Shown here: positions 1 through 9,042 of the stretch, piece after piece
Numbering within the stretch: position 1 is the stretch's first letter
Layout: every line of letters begins with the position of its first letter
Source of the DNA: an uncultured Opitutales bacterium
GTDB taxonomy: Bacteria; Verrucomicrobiota; Verrucomicrobiia; Opitutales; JAIRKQ01
Direction of reading: 5' to 3'
DNA: 64,000 bases
NCBI GenBank assembly: GCA_964577805.1
Contig: CAZOAG010000001.1
Span: 155,033 to 219,032 of the forward strand
Program-made: the position numbers and the translations under genes
The notes under the pieces: generated by a model
The model's input: only the letters and a program-made list of their open reading frames with translations
The model's database searches: none
Told to the model about the DNA's origin: nothing

Positions 1-8
1 AAATATTA

Positions 9-1160
9 GTGCCGAATTTACGTGTTCATCTTTCATCTCCGTATGAAATTTTCGTCGGACGATGTAGGTCAGATTTAAAACGGTCTGTCATGCGAGATCA
101 TGAGCAATCAAATATTATTGTATTAATCTTAGCATCTAAACATGAACGAGATTATTTGAGTGTAGTTTCTTCTGTCGTTAATATTTTTCAGAATGCTTCT
201 GTAGTGTCTCGTTTACGCAATGTTGGGTCATTTGACAATTTTAAAAATGCAGTGATCAGTATATTTAAAAAGTTTAGTCAAAATAGCACACGTAATATCA
301 GTATTGGTAGCAATGAGTTCTTTTTGCGAGAAGTTGTAGAAATTGCACATGAAGCACGATGTTCCAATGTAATGTTATTTGGCAACATCAAAATCGATAA
401 CATTGATATTGAGACGATATTTGATGGTATGAAGATTGTGCGCATCATTCATGATAAATCAGATGTTCATCCAGTTCATTATAATTCGTATGTAGAATTG
501 CATGTTAGTGCTACGTCGACTAGTTGGTTACATGGTTTCCGTGGTGCAATTTTATTTGGTATCACACGGGAGATTTTCAATTTTGATGATAAAGTATGTT
601 GTATTGGCTGTAGCAATACACCAGGCATATTGGATACTATGTTTATAGTTGATATCCAAAAGGAATTTCGACCAATTTTGACATCTAGTTCGAAATTTTT
701 TCAGTGCGATATCAGACCAGAGGTATTGGAACGTACATTATCTATTGCATCGGAAATAGCAACGGAAGGACGAGAGGGTAAATCGGTTGGATGTTTGTTT
801 GTTTTAGGAGATATAAATAAGATTTCATTATTTATGAAACCATTGGTGTTGAATCCATTCTATGGATATCCTGAAGCAGAACGGAATATTTTGCATCCAT
901 TTATGGAAGAAACCGTCAAGGAGTTTTCGTTGATAGATGGTGCATTTGTGATACGTGGTGATGGCATTATTGAATCGGCTGGTACTTTGATTTATACACC
1001 GAACCATAACATTGTTATGCCTAGTGGGTTTGGAACACGGCATGCTGCTGCGGCATCGATATCATGGGCAGCAGAATGTATTGCAATAGCTGTATCGGAA
1101 AGTACGCATTCAGTAACATTATTCCACAATGGTCAAATGTTGCAAATTATGCAGATGTAG
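9..1160 (+). CDS. Diadenylate cyclase (DAC/DisA_N domain) protein, probably 5'-partial at the window edge
   Basis: The C-terminal ~150 aa carry the DAC signatures LIDGAFVIRGDG (DGA) and GFGTRHAAAAS (RH motif). The frame is open back to nt 1. The first ~60 aa (IIVLILASKHERDYLSVVSSVVNIF..SFDNFKNAV) resemble the C-terminal half of a PTS EIIA(Ntr) fold. No TM helices are visible. Confidence 0.7.
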   Translation: MPNLRVHLSSPYEIFVGRCRSDLKRSVMRDHEQSNIIVLILASKHERDYLSVVSSVVNIFQNASVVSRLRNVGSFDNFKNAVISIFKKFSQNSTRNISIGSNEFFLREVVEIAHEARCSNVMLFGNIKIDNIDIETIFDGMKIVRIIHDKSDVHPVHYNSYVELHVSATSTSWLHGFRGAILFGITREIFNFDDKVCCIGCSNTPGILDTMFIVDIQKEFRPILTSSSKFFQCDIRPEVLERTLSIASEIATEGREGKSVGCLFVLGDINKISLFMKPLVLNPFYGYPEAERNILHPFMEETVKEFSLIDGAFVIRGDGIIESAGTLIYTPNHNIVMPSGFGTRHAAAASISWAAECIAIAVSESTHSVTLFHNGQMLQIMQM

Positions 1161-1666
1161 ATTGGTGCTAAGACGAAATTTGAATTTTTTGGTGTAAAAC
1201 GTTATTAATTCGTCCGTTATTTTGCTGTTGATTTAGTCTTCTGACAATTTGTTGGCTTGTATTGTCGTAGTAAATGTTTAGATCGTCTCTTATAAAAAAG
1301 TAACTAATTCATGCGAGTTGGTCGAAAAAATGCGTGTTAGTTTGTTGATTACAAGGATTGACTAGTTTTTGTGTTGCGTTTTATGATTTTACTTGCGTTG
1401 CAAGTCTTGGCTAGCCATAAATGTTTTTTTGTGCTTCTTCAGGAAGTTTCATTGAAAATTTCATCAGCTGTCTCATTTGGCAGATTGTTGATGATTTTAC
1501 GGACTGGCAAATTTTCATCGCTGAGAATAACAACCGCTATCAAAGCGTTGCCCATTTTTAAACGTCTTCTCAATAAATTTAATCAGTTTTTTGTGCGTTT
1601 TGTCTCTTCGCGCATTTTGCTAAAGATCAAATCAGCGTCATTGATTTTATCGCGCTAATGAACCTT

Positions 1667-1876
1667 TCAATCCCCTGCCAAAAATTGTAACCAGTCGCAA
1701 TAAGTGTTAACGTCATTTTTCAATGAGATCATTGCTTCTTCCTCAATCTTGCGAATTTTGTTTTTGCTTTTTTGGCAGTGCGCATGGTACCGAAATGGTT
1801 CATCCGATGATCTATTTTTCAAATGTCTATAACACACAACATGCTCGTTGACAAACTCATCGTTGCTCATATGCAA
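1667..1876 (-). CDS. Small hypothetical protein (69 aa, Cys/His-containing) downstream of the sigma-54 regulator
   Basis: This ORF starts 54 nt downstream of the regulator stop on the same strand and contains CYRH...YHAHC. I recognise no family and see no clear SD. Confidence 0.2.
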   Translation of the reverse strand: MHMSNDEFVNEHVVCYRHLKNRSSDEPFRYHAHCQKSKNKIRKIEEEAMISLKNDVNTYCDWLQFLAGD

Positions 1877-1930
1877 AATTAGTATATTAGGTGTAAGAAA
1901 AATAACAAGTGATAAGTATACTTTATGTTT

Positions 1931-3157
1931 TTATTGGGATGATATTTTGGTTTGTAATTTTGGGCATAGGAATTTTTTATCAAGGTTGTTTGGTGTCATT
2001 GTCTGCCCTGAATAAAAAATTACAGAATTTTCGCAAAAGTTCCTCAATTCTCGGATATTACCTGGCCATTGATAATGACACAAAATATCAATTGTAGCAT
2101 CATTGAATGAAATGATTTCAACGTTGTTTCTATCAGAAAACATTTTTGCATAATAGTTGAGCAATTCCGGAATGTCATCCGCTCTATCGCGCAAAGGTGG
2201 TAATGTTAGAGTTACTACATTCAGTCGATATAATAGATCATCGCGGAATGTGCCTTGTGATACCATTTTTCCTAAATCTCTATTTGTTGCACAAATTATT
2301 CTTACGTCAACATTGATATCTTCATTACTGCCAACACGGCTGAATGTACGAGATTCCAGAAATCGTAATAATTTTACTTGTGTTTCTAAATCAATCTCGC
2401 CAATTTCATCGAAAAATAACGTTCCGCCATCAGCATGTTCAAATAGTCCAATGCGCTTCGTATCAGCTCCGGTAAAGGCACCCTTTTCATGTCCAAATAG
2501 TTCACTTTCTAGCAAATTTTTTTGTAAGCTCGCGCAATGAACAGCAACAAATGGTTTTGTTTTTCGTTGGCTATAAAAATGAACAGCATTGGCGAATAAT
2601 TCTTTTCCTGTACCAGTTTCACCGTCAAATAACACAGTGGCAGAAGATTTGGCGACAGTGTTTACTTTTTTGAGTAATGACGTTATAGCGTCAGAATGTC
2701 CTATTATTTTTTCTGGCGAAAAGTCATTATTTGAAATGATATTACATTTTGGCTTAGCAGTATCTGATATGGTTGTCGTTTTCTTTTTGGATGATTTTCT
2801 GCTAGTTAATGCATTTTTCATCAATATTTCTAGCTTCGTCAAGTCAATAGGTTTTGTTACAAAGTCGTAGGCACCATGTTTTATTGCATCAACTGCTGTT
2901 TCAACAGATCCATATGCTGACATCATGATACATATTGGATTGTATGGTCGGCGTAGTGCTTCTTCAATGACAAACATTCCATTCTTGCCAGACATTCTTA
3001 AATCAGTCAACACGATGTCGAACCTGCCATTCTTCATTAATGTAACGGCATCATCGAAATTTTTTGCCAGAAAAACCTCGTAATCGCAGTTTAATAACTG
3101 TTCTAGCGCATCACGAGAGTTTTTTTCATCATCAACTATCAACAAGCTAGGCAACAT
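1931..3157 (-). CDS. Sigma-54-dependent response regulator (receiver + AAA+ domain, CtcC/NtrC-like), apparently without a C-terminal HTH
   Basis: Receiver domain: LLIVDDE...VLTDLRM. Walker A: GETGTGKE. Sigma-54 contact loop: EKGAFTGA. Only ~38 aa follow the ELRN helix. The likely start is MLPSLLIVDDE at 3157, which overlaps the RND gene stop (3147-3149). Confidence 0.85.
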   Translation of the reverse strand: MLPSLLIVDDEKNSRDALEQLLNCDYEVFLAKNFDDAVTLMKNGRFDIVLTDLRMSGKNGMFVIEEALRRPYNPICIMMSAYGSVETAVDAIKHGAYDFVTKPIDLTKLEILMKNALTSRKSSKKKTTTISDTAKPKCNIISNNDFSPEKIIGHSDAITSLLKKVNTVAKSSATVLFDGETGTGKELFANAVHFYSQRKTKPFVAVHCASLQKNLLESELFGHEKGAFTGADTKRIGLFEHADGGTLFFDEIGEIDLETQVKLLRFLESRTFSRVGSNEDINVDVRIICATNRDLGKMVSQGTFRDDLLYRLNVVTLTLPPLRDRADDIPELLNYYAKMFSDRNNVEIISFNDATIDILCHYQWPGNIRELRNFCENSVIFYSGQTMTPNNLDKKFLCPKLQTKISSQ

Positions 3158-6100
3158 TGTCATCCACATTTCTGGCGAAAAATGGAATTTTGTCCAATAC
3201 TTTTTCTTGGAAGTCTTCGAAGTATAAATAAATCACTGGCAAAATGAACAATGTTATGATTTGAGATACAATCAATCCTCCGACGATGGCCATTCCCAAT
3301 GGACGTCTGGATGCTCCATCTGCTCCCCACCCTATAGCCAATGGTACATTTCCCATTAATGCCGCTAGCGTAGTCATCATGATAGGGCGGAAACGTTCTA
3401 GACATGCCGTATGGACAGCTTGTTCTTTGCTCATGCCTTCTTTTTGACGAGCAATCGCAAAATCGATCATCAAAATACCATTCTTTTTGACAATACCTAA
3501 TAGCATGAATAGTCCGACGAACCCATACAATGACAATTCCATCTTGAAAACCATCAATGTCAATAAACCACCGACCATGGCAACGGGCAATGATGATAAT
3601 ACTGTCAATGGGTGAATATAACTTTCATACAAAATTCCTAAAATTATGTACATGACGAAAATTGCCACTACTAACATGATCGCCATGCTCTTAAATGTTT
3701 CAGCAAATGTTTTCGCTTCTCCTTCTAGAGATCCAATAACTTGCGGCGGCACTATTGTTGATGCCAATTTGTTGATAAATTGTGTAGCATCGCCAATAGG
3801 ATAGTCTTGGTTAAGGTCAAAAAATATTGATACGGAGTTAAAATTATTAACGTGGTTTACAGATGTTGGACCGAGTGTTTCATAAACATTTGCGACGGTT
3901 TTGAATGGCAATAATTCATCATGTCTGCCATGAAAATACAATGTGTTTAAATCGGTGATATCATTGCGTAACGCATCATCAGACTCTACAATTACCTTAT
4001 ATTGCCGTGTTCCGGTCTTTATTTGATAACAATAATTTTCTGAATATGCTTGTTTTAACATGTTTTCTATATCATAAGGAGTGACACCATATCGATATGC
4101 TTGATCTCTTAAATAATCTATCGATAATTGCGGGTTTTTTATGTACAGATCAGTAGATATTGATGCGAAACCAGGATTTTTACGCATTTCAGCGACCATT
4201 TTATTGGCACAGTCATATACTTCCTCTGCGTTGACACCTGACAGTATATATGTATACTTTCCTTGATTTGTGCTAATTGCACCGGTGCTTATTGATAGGC
4301 TCGGAATTGAATGAACAATACTCAATACACCTGGTATTGCATATAGATCGCGAGAGACTTGGTTGGATATCTCTTGAATAGTAGGGCGTTTCCCTTCTTT
4401 CAAAGTTGCGACAGCAATCCCTTGATTGCTAGTGAACATACCACTAATGCCAGTTACTGATATTACACTTTCAATGTAAGGATTTTTCTTCATTTTATCA
4501 ATGATAGCATTTTTATATTCTCGCATTTGAGAAGGAGATGTCCCTTCTTCTGCTATAAAAAATCCATTCAATATACCGCTATCTCCTTCAGGAAGGAATG
4601 TTTTTGGTAATGCTACAAATGACCAAAATGTGCCTATCAAGCTAATGACCCATATCATAACAGATGATCTTTTGTGAGCTATGCACCAGTCGAGAGCCTT
4701 ACTATACAATTTCAAACATTTATGTTCTAGGTTGTGAGATGCTATTTCTAGTTTTGTTTTGTTTTCCTTCTTTATAGGTTTTAACATTCTTGCGCACATC
4801 ATTGGTGTTAATGTCAATGATACAATACCAGATGCTAATATAGCAACAACAATGGTTATTGAAAATTCTCTAAATACACGACCGATTTGTCCGGACATGA
4901 AAACCAACGGAATGAATACTGCAGCCAACGACAATGTCATCGAAATAATGGAGAAACTAATTTCTTTTGCTCCTTCGATCGATGCTTTTAATGGGCTTTC
5001 GCCAAAATCTTCCATTCGTCGTATCATGTTTTCGAGGAAGACTATGGCGTCATCTACCAATAGTCCGATGGACAATGTTAATGCCATTAATGATAAATTG
5101 TCTATGCTGTAATTAAGACATCGCATGACAATAAATGTTATTAACAGTGATAATGGCAGTGCTACAATTGGAATAAATGTTTCTCTGAAACGGCCTAAAA
5201 ATAAAAATATTACACCTATGACGAGAATAAATGCTATGACTAATGTCATTTTGACATCATCTACTGACTCTTTGATAGAAACGGAACGATCGTACATCTT
5301 TATCATTTCTATTGATGCAGGAATTTGTTTTTTGAAAACAGGTAATAATTCATCAATTTGTTTAGCTAATGATATTGCATTAGCACCTGCTGCACGTGTT
5401 ACGGCGATAATTACTGTGCTTTCAGAAGGTTCCTTAATCAATTCTTTGTTATAAAAGCTTGCAGACAAATCATCTGATTCCAATTTGTCGATACAATCAG
5501 CAATGTCTTTTAAATAAATAGGCGTGCCGTTTTTGTAAGCAACAGTCAAATTTAGATAATCACTGGCTCGTGATAATTGACCATTTGGTTTAATTACTAA
5601 TGATTTGGTAGATCCTTTTAATTGTCCTGCAGCAAGCGATACAGTTCCTGCCTGAACAGCCTTAGTTACATCATCAATTGTAATCCCTTTATTGTGCAGT
5701 TTTTCATTGTTTACAAGAATTTTTACCGCTCTTGGAACTCCATAAACATTAGCTTCTGACACACCATCTAATATGCTTATACGTTGTGCGATTTCATCAG
5801 ATGCGTAGTCGTATAAATCGCCTTTGGTCATTGTTGCACTATTTAGAACCAAGTAATAAATCGGCTGACTGTTTGGGTCAGTTTTTGTAAATACTGGAGG
5901 GGATGGCATATCAACTGGCAAGTTTCCAGTAGCACGTGTGATTGCAGATTGTACGTCCGTAGCAGCGCCATCAATGTTTTTATTCAATGAAAATTGTAAA
6001 ACAATTCTGGTTGATCCCTGCATACTACTAGATGTTACCATTTCGAGTCCTTGTATTTTCATGAACTCTTTTTCTAATGGTGATGCAACACTAGCTGCCA

Positions 6101-6278
6101 TTGTTGCAGGGTCCATGCCTGGAAATGATGCCATTACTTGAATGACAGGATAATCTACAGCTGGTAAATCGCTAACTGGCATAGACCGGTAACTGAAAAT
6201 TCCACCAACTGCTAATATCAACGTTAGCAAAATTGTCATTACTGGCCGTCTAATGAAGGTCTCGGATATGCTTTCCAT
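3147..6278 (-). CDS. RND family efflux transporter, inner-membrane permease (AcrB/AcrD/AcrF type)
   Basis: The 1043-aa product starts FIRRPVMT and has the 12-TM/large-periplasmic-loop layout. It carries conserved ...LLVDDAIVFLENM... and GIVKKNGILMIDFA motifs. Confidence 0.93.
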   Translation of the reverse strand: MESISETFIRRPVMTILLTLILAVGGIFSYRSMPVSDLPAVDYPVIQVMASFPGMDPATMAASVASPLEKEFMKIQGLEMVTSSSMQGSTRIVLQFSLNKNIDGAATDVQSAITRATGNLPVDMPSPPVFTKTDPNSQPIYYLVLNSATMTKGDLYDYASDEIAQRISILDGVSEANVYGVPRAVKILVNNEKLHNKGITIDDVTKAVQAGTVSLAAGQLKGSTKSLVIKPNGQLSRASDYLNLTVAYKNGTPIYLKDIADCIDKLESDDLSASFYNKELIKEPSESTVIIAVTRAAGANAISLAKQIDELLPVFKKQIPASIEMIKMYDRSVSIKESVDDVKMTLVIAFILVIGVIFLFLGRFRETFIPIVALPLSLLITFIVMRCLNYSIDNLSLMALTLSIGLLVDDAIVFLENMIRRMEDFGESPLKASIEGAKEISFSIISMTLSLAAVFIPLVFMSGQIGRVFREFSITIVVAILASGIVSLTLTPMMCARMLKPIKKENKTKLEIASHNLEHKCLKLYSKALDWCIAHKRSSVMIWVISLIGTFWSFVALPKTFLPEGDSGILNGFFIAEEGTSPSQMREYKNAIIDKMKKNPYIESVISVTGISGMFTSNQGIAVATLKEGKRPTIQEISNQVSRDLYAIPGVLSIVHSIPSLSISTGAISTNQGKYTYILSGVNAEEVYDCANKMVAEMRKNPGFASISTDLYIKNPQLSIDYLRDQAYRYGVTPYDIENMLKQAYSENYCYQIKTGTRQYKVIVESDDALRNDITDLNTLYFHGRHDELLPFKTVANVYETLGPTSVNHVNNFNSVSIFFDLNQDYPIGDATQFINKLASTIVPPQVIGSLEGEAKTFAETFKSMAIMLVVAIFVMYIILGILYESYIHPLTVLSSLPVAMVGGLLTLMVFKMELSLYGFVGLFMLLGIVKKNGILMIDFAIARQKEGMSKEQAVHTACLERFRPIMMTTLAALMGNVPLAIGWGADGASRRPLGMAIVGGLIVSQIITLFILPVIYLYFEDFQEKVLDKIPFFARNVDDNVA

Positions 6279-6284
6279 TGTTTT

Positions 6285-7511
6285 TTACTTTGTTGGGTTT
6301 TTCTCTGCTGATATTTTATTTTGGTCGATGCTTTTCTTGAACACACCGGTATTTGTGTCTGGCATCTCCGTTACTTTTGCTCCTGGAGCTAACATCAATT
6401 GTCCACGTTGAACGATTAAATCACCGTCATTCAGACCATTATTGATCACTATCATATCACCATGAATCTGTCCAATCTCAACTGGCCTGATATCAACAGA
6501 TTTATCTTCTTTAATTACAAAAACATAACGACCAGACTGCCCAATTTTAACTGCTTCAGACGGAATCAGAATCGCATCATTCATCATGTTGAGCAGTACA
6601 CGAACTTTTACAGATTGCCCTGTCCAGAATTTATGATCCTTATTGTCCATTGTCGCTCTCAGAACAATATTACCTGTCTGAGCATTAATAGCGTTTGTTG
6701 CAACGGTCAACTTTGCATTACCTACAATTGATTGATCGGCCAAAGATGAAATCTCTACATTCAATTGATTGTTGTTTTGGGCGAAAAATTTTTGTAAATT
6801 GTAATAATGGTTTTCTGACACAGAAAATTCAATTTTCAATGTATCGACATCATCTATTATTACAAGAGCATCGTTATTTAATGCAGTAACGATGTTGCCT
6901 TGATCAATGACATACGATGTTGTGCCATCATCAACCCGGGATGTGATCCCTGCAAATCCGTTTATTGGTGATGTTATCGAACAATGTTCAAGATCGATTT
7001 TTGCTTTTTTTACATGTGCTTCTGCGGCATTTACACGGGCGATATCTTGTTCAACCTGTGCTTCATATGCTTCATATTGTTGTTGTGAAATATAGTTTTG
7101 TGGCAACAATGATTTTGAACGTTCTAATTGAGCACTATCGATCTTTAATTGTGCCCTAGCTGTATTTAATTCAGCTTCTGCCGACTGTAATGCAGCAGAG
7201 TACGTCCTGCTATCTATTTCGAATAAAACATCACCAGCTGATACGTGTTGTCCTTGTTGTACATGGACATGAGTGACCTCTCCACTTACTTGTGGGATGA
7301 TTTTTACAGTTTCATTGGATATACAATGTCCTATTGCATCAACGAACAATGGGACATCACACGTTGTGACCTTTGTTGACACAACTGCTACAGGTGGCCG
7401 TACTTGTTGTGGTTTTTTCTTGCCAGATTTTAATGCCAGTGATGCTGCCCACAAAATGGCAACAATTCCTGTTATTGTTACTAATGATTTTAACGAAAAA
7501 AATTTTTTCAT
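6285..7511 (-). CDS. RND efflux periplasmic adaptor (membrane fusion protein, HlyD/AcrA family)
   Basis: The product has an N-terminal anchor, a coiled-coil hairpin (AELNTARAQLKIDSAQLERSKSL...) and barrel-sandwich segments. It lies 6 nt upstream of the RND permease. Confidence 0.85.
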   Translation of the reverse strand: MKKFFSLKSLVTITGIVAILWAASLALKSGKKKPQQVRPPVAVVSTKVTTCDVPLFVDAIGHCISNETVKIIPQVSGEVTHVHVQQGQHVSAGDVLFEIDSRTYSAALQSAEAELNTARAQLKIDSAQLERSKSLLPQNYISQQQYEAYEAQVEQDIARVNAAEAHVKKAKIDLEHCSITSPINGFAGITSRVDDGTTSYVIDQGNIVTALNNDALVIIDDVDTLKIEFSVSENHYYNLQKFFAQNNNQLNVEISSLADQSIVGNAKLTVATNAINAQTGNIVLRATMDNKDHKFWTGQSVKVRVLLNMMNDAILIPSEAVKIGQSGRYVFVIKEDKSVDIRPVEIGQIHGDMIVINNGLNDGDLIVQRGQLMLAPGAKVTEMPDTNTGVFKKSIDQNKISAEKNPTK

Positions 7512-7531
7512 ATTGTTATATAAATTAAATG

Positions 7532-8962
7532 TTAATTTTTATAATCGAAATTGATTATTCCTAATGCATATGCTAAATCAACAATTGACAACGAAAGGTT
7601 GTTTTTGGAACTTATGGTTTGGTTGCGTGCGATTGCCAATTGATTTTGAGCAGTCATTAAATCATTAAATGATGATAACCCATTTTTATATGCAATAACG
7701 ACAGAATCGAATGATTCTTGTGCTGCTTGTTCGTAGTTTCTAGCTGCATTAAGTTCTTTTAATGCTGATTTGAACGTATGATAATTTGACCACACATCTG
7801 ATGCGATGTCCAATGACAATTGTTTGAGTTCATACTCTGCTTGTCGTGCACGTGCACGTGCTTCTGCTATTTCATAAATATTATTGAAACCATCGAACAA
7901 TTTCCACTGCAATGTGGCATATATATTGAAATTGTCATAATTGCCAGATTGATGATGATAATGTGTTTTATTTCCGTTGCCGCCTATTACCAATTCTGGC
8001 AAAAGTTTTGATGTGCTAACTTTTACAGAATCTTTCTTGGATTGCACTATAGAATGTTGAGACATTAAGTCTTGCCGTGTTTGTAATGCTCCAATGATCA
8101 ATTCATTAATATTGACGTCAAAATCATTTATGTCGGAATAATCACCACTGCGCTGTATTTGGAAATCATTTGATACTGATATTCCGACAGTTTTTGCTAA
8201 TTGTGCGCGTGCTGATTCCAATTTAGCGTATGTATTTTCAAGATCATATTCTGCTTTTGTTTTATTAGCTTTTGCTTGCAAGTAGTCTTGAACATTTGAT
8301 AGCCCTGATTGATGTCTGACGAATGCTGCATCATATGCTACTAACGCATCCTCAAGATTGCGTTGACTTGCTTCGATTGCGTTTTCTGCAGAATCCAACA
8401 TGAAGTATTTTGTTTGTACTTCATGAGCTAGTTTTTGCAATTCTCTATTGTGCTGATAATTTGCTGAGTATAAAAGTTGTTTTGCTGCATCAGCATGTTT
8501 TTTATGACCTCCAAATTGAAACAATGAATATTGCAGTTCTACTGCTGGATAAAATGTCGTCGCAAGACTCCTGTTCGCAGGAGTGTTTTGTTCTGTACGT
8601 GCTGCTGTTCCAGAAACTACGATATTTGGGAAAAATATACTATTGGCTTGTCCGCTTTGAGCAGCAGCAATTTTTGCAGATTGCCATGTTCGTTGAGTCG
8701 ATGGGCTATTTTCAAAAGCAAGGTTAATCAGCATTGGTAAATCTGCCTTCTCGCCATTCAATATAGACGCTGAATTATCGGAATTTAACAATTTGTCGCA
8801 TTGTTTTTGTTTTGCATTTATTTCTTTTGATGGTGGTGTCCAAAATTGAGTGCTCGTTTTGGATACAGAAGTGTCGATTTCAGCGCATCCCACACAAAAC
8901 ACACCCACTAATGAATAAATCACAGATTTGTAAAGCGACATCAACTTACAATTACTATCCAT
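7532..8962 (-). CDS. Outer-membrane efflux protein (TolC/NodT family), probable lipoprotein
   Basis: The 476-aa product has a signal peptide with a Cys-containing lipobox-like LVGVFCVGCAE. It shows two OEP-type repeats with long helical segments. It is the first gene of the efflux operon. Confidence 0.8.
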   Translation of the reverse strand: MDSNCKLMSLYKSVIYSLVGVFCVGCAEIDTSVSKTSTQFWTPPSKEINAKQKQCDKLLNSDNSASILNGEKADLPMLINLAFENSPSTQRTWQSAKIAAAQSGQANSIFFPNIVVSGTAARTEQNTPANRSLATTFYPAVELQYSLFQFGGHKKHADAAKQLLYSANYQHNRELQKLAHEVQTKYFMLDSAENAIEASQRNLEDALVAYDAAFVRHQSGLSNVQDYLQAKANKTKAEYDLENTYAKLESARAQLAKTVGISVSNDFQIQRSGDYSDINDFDVNINELIIGALQTRQDLMSQHSIVQSKKDSVKVSTSKLLPELVIGGNGNKTHYHHQSGNYDNFNIYATLQWKLFDGFNNIYEIAEARARARQAEYELKQLSLDIASDVWSNYHTFKSALKELNAARNYEQAAQESFDSVVIAYKNGLSSFNDLMTAQNQLAIARNQTISSKNNLSLSIVDLAYALGIINFDYKN

Positions 8963-9042
8963 CGTTTGTTTATACTATGTGTTGTTAGCATATAAAAATC
9001 AATTGACAAGTAAATATTTTTATATTGCTATTGTGGCAGTTT

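Noticed and set aside
1371-1658. 95-aa plus-strand ORF in the region behind the sigma-54 regulator.
   Set aside because: Its Leu/Phe/Ile/Ser-rich, low-complexity composition has no SD or motif. It looks like the antisense shadow of a minus-strand frame. I do not call it.
8963-9042. Sigma-54 (-24/-12) promoters upstream of the efflux operon and upstream of the T3S-like and unknown genes (28.3, 30.6, 32.6, 39.9, 41.3, 50.55 and 58.75 kb).
   Set aside because: Several TGGCA-containing strings exist (for example GTGGCAGTTTATGTCTGCC at ~9031). None has the GG-N10-GC spacing with a TTGC -12 box.
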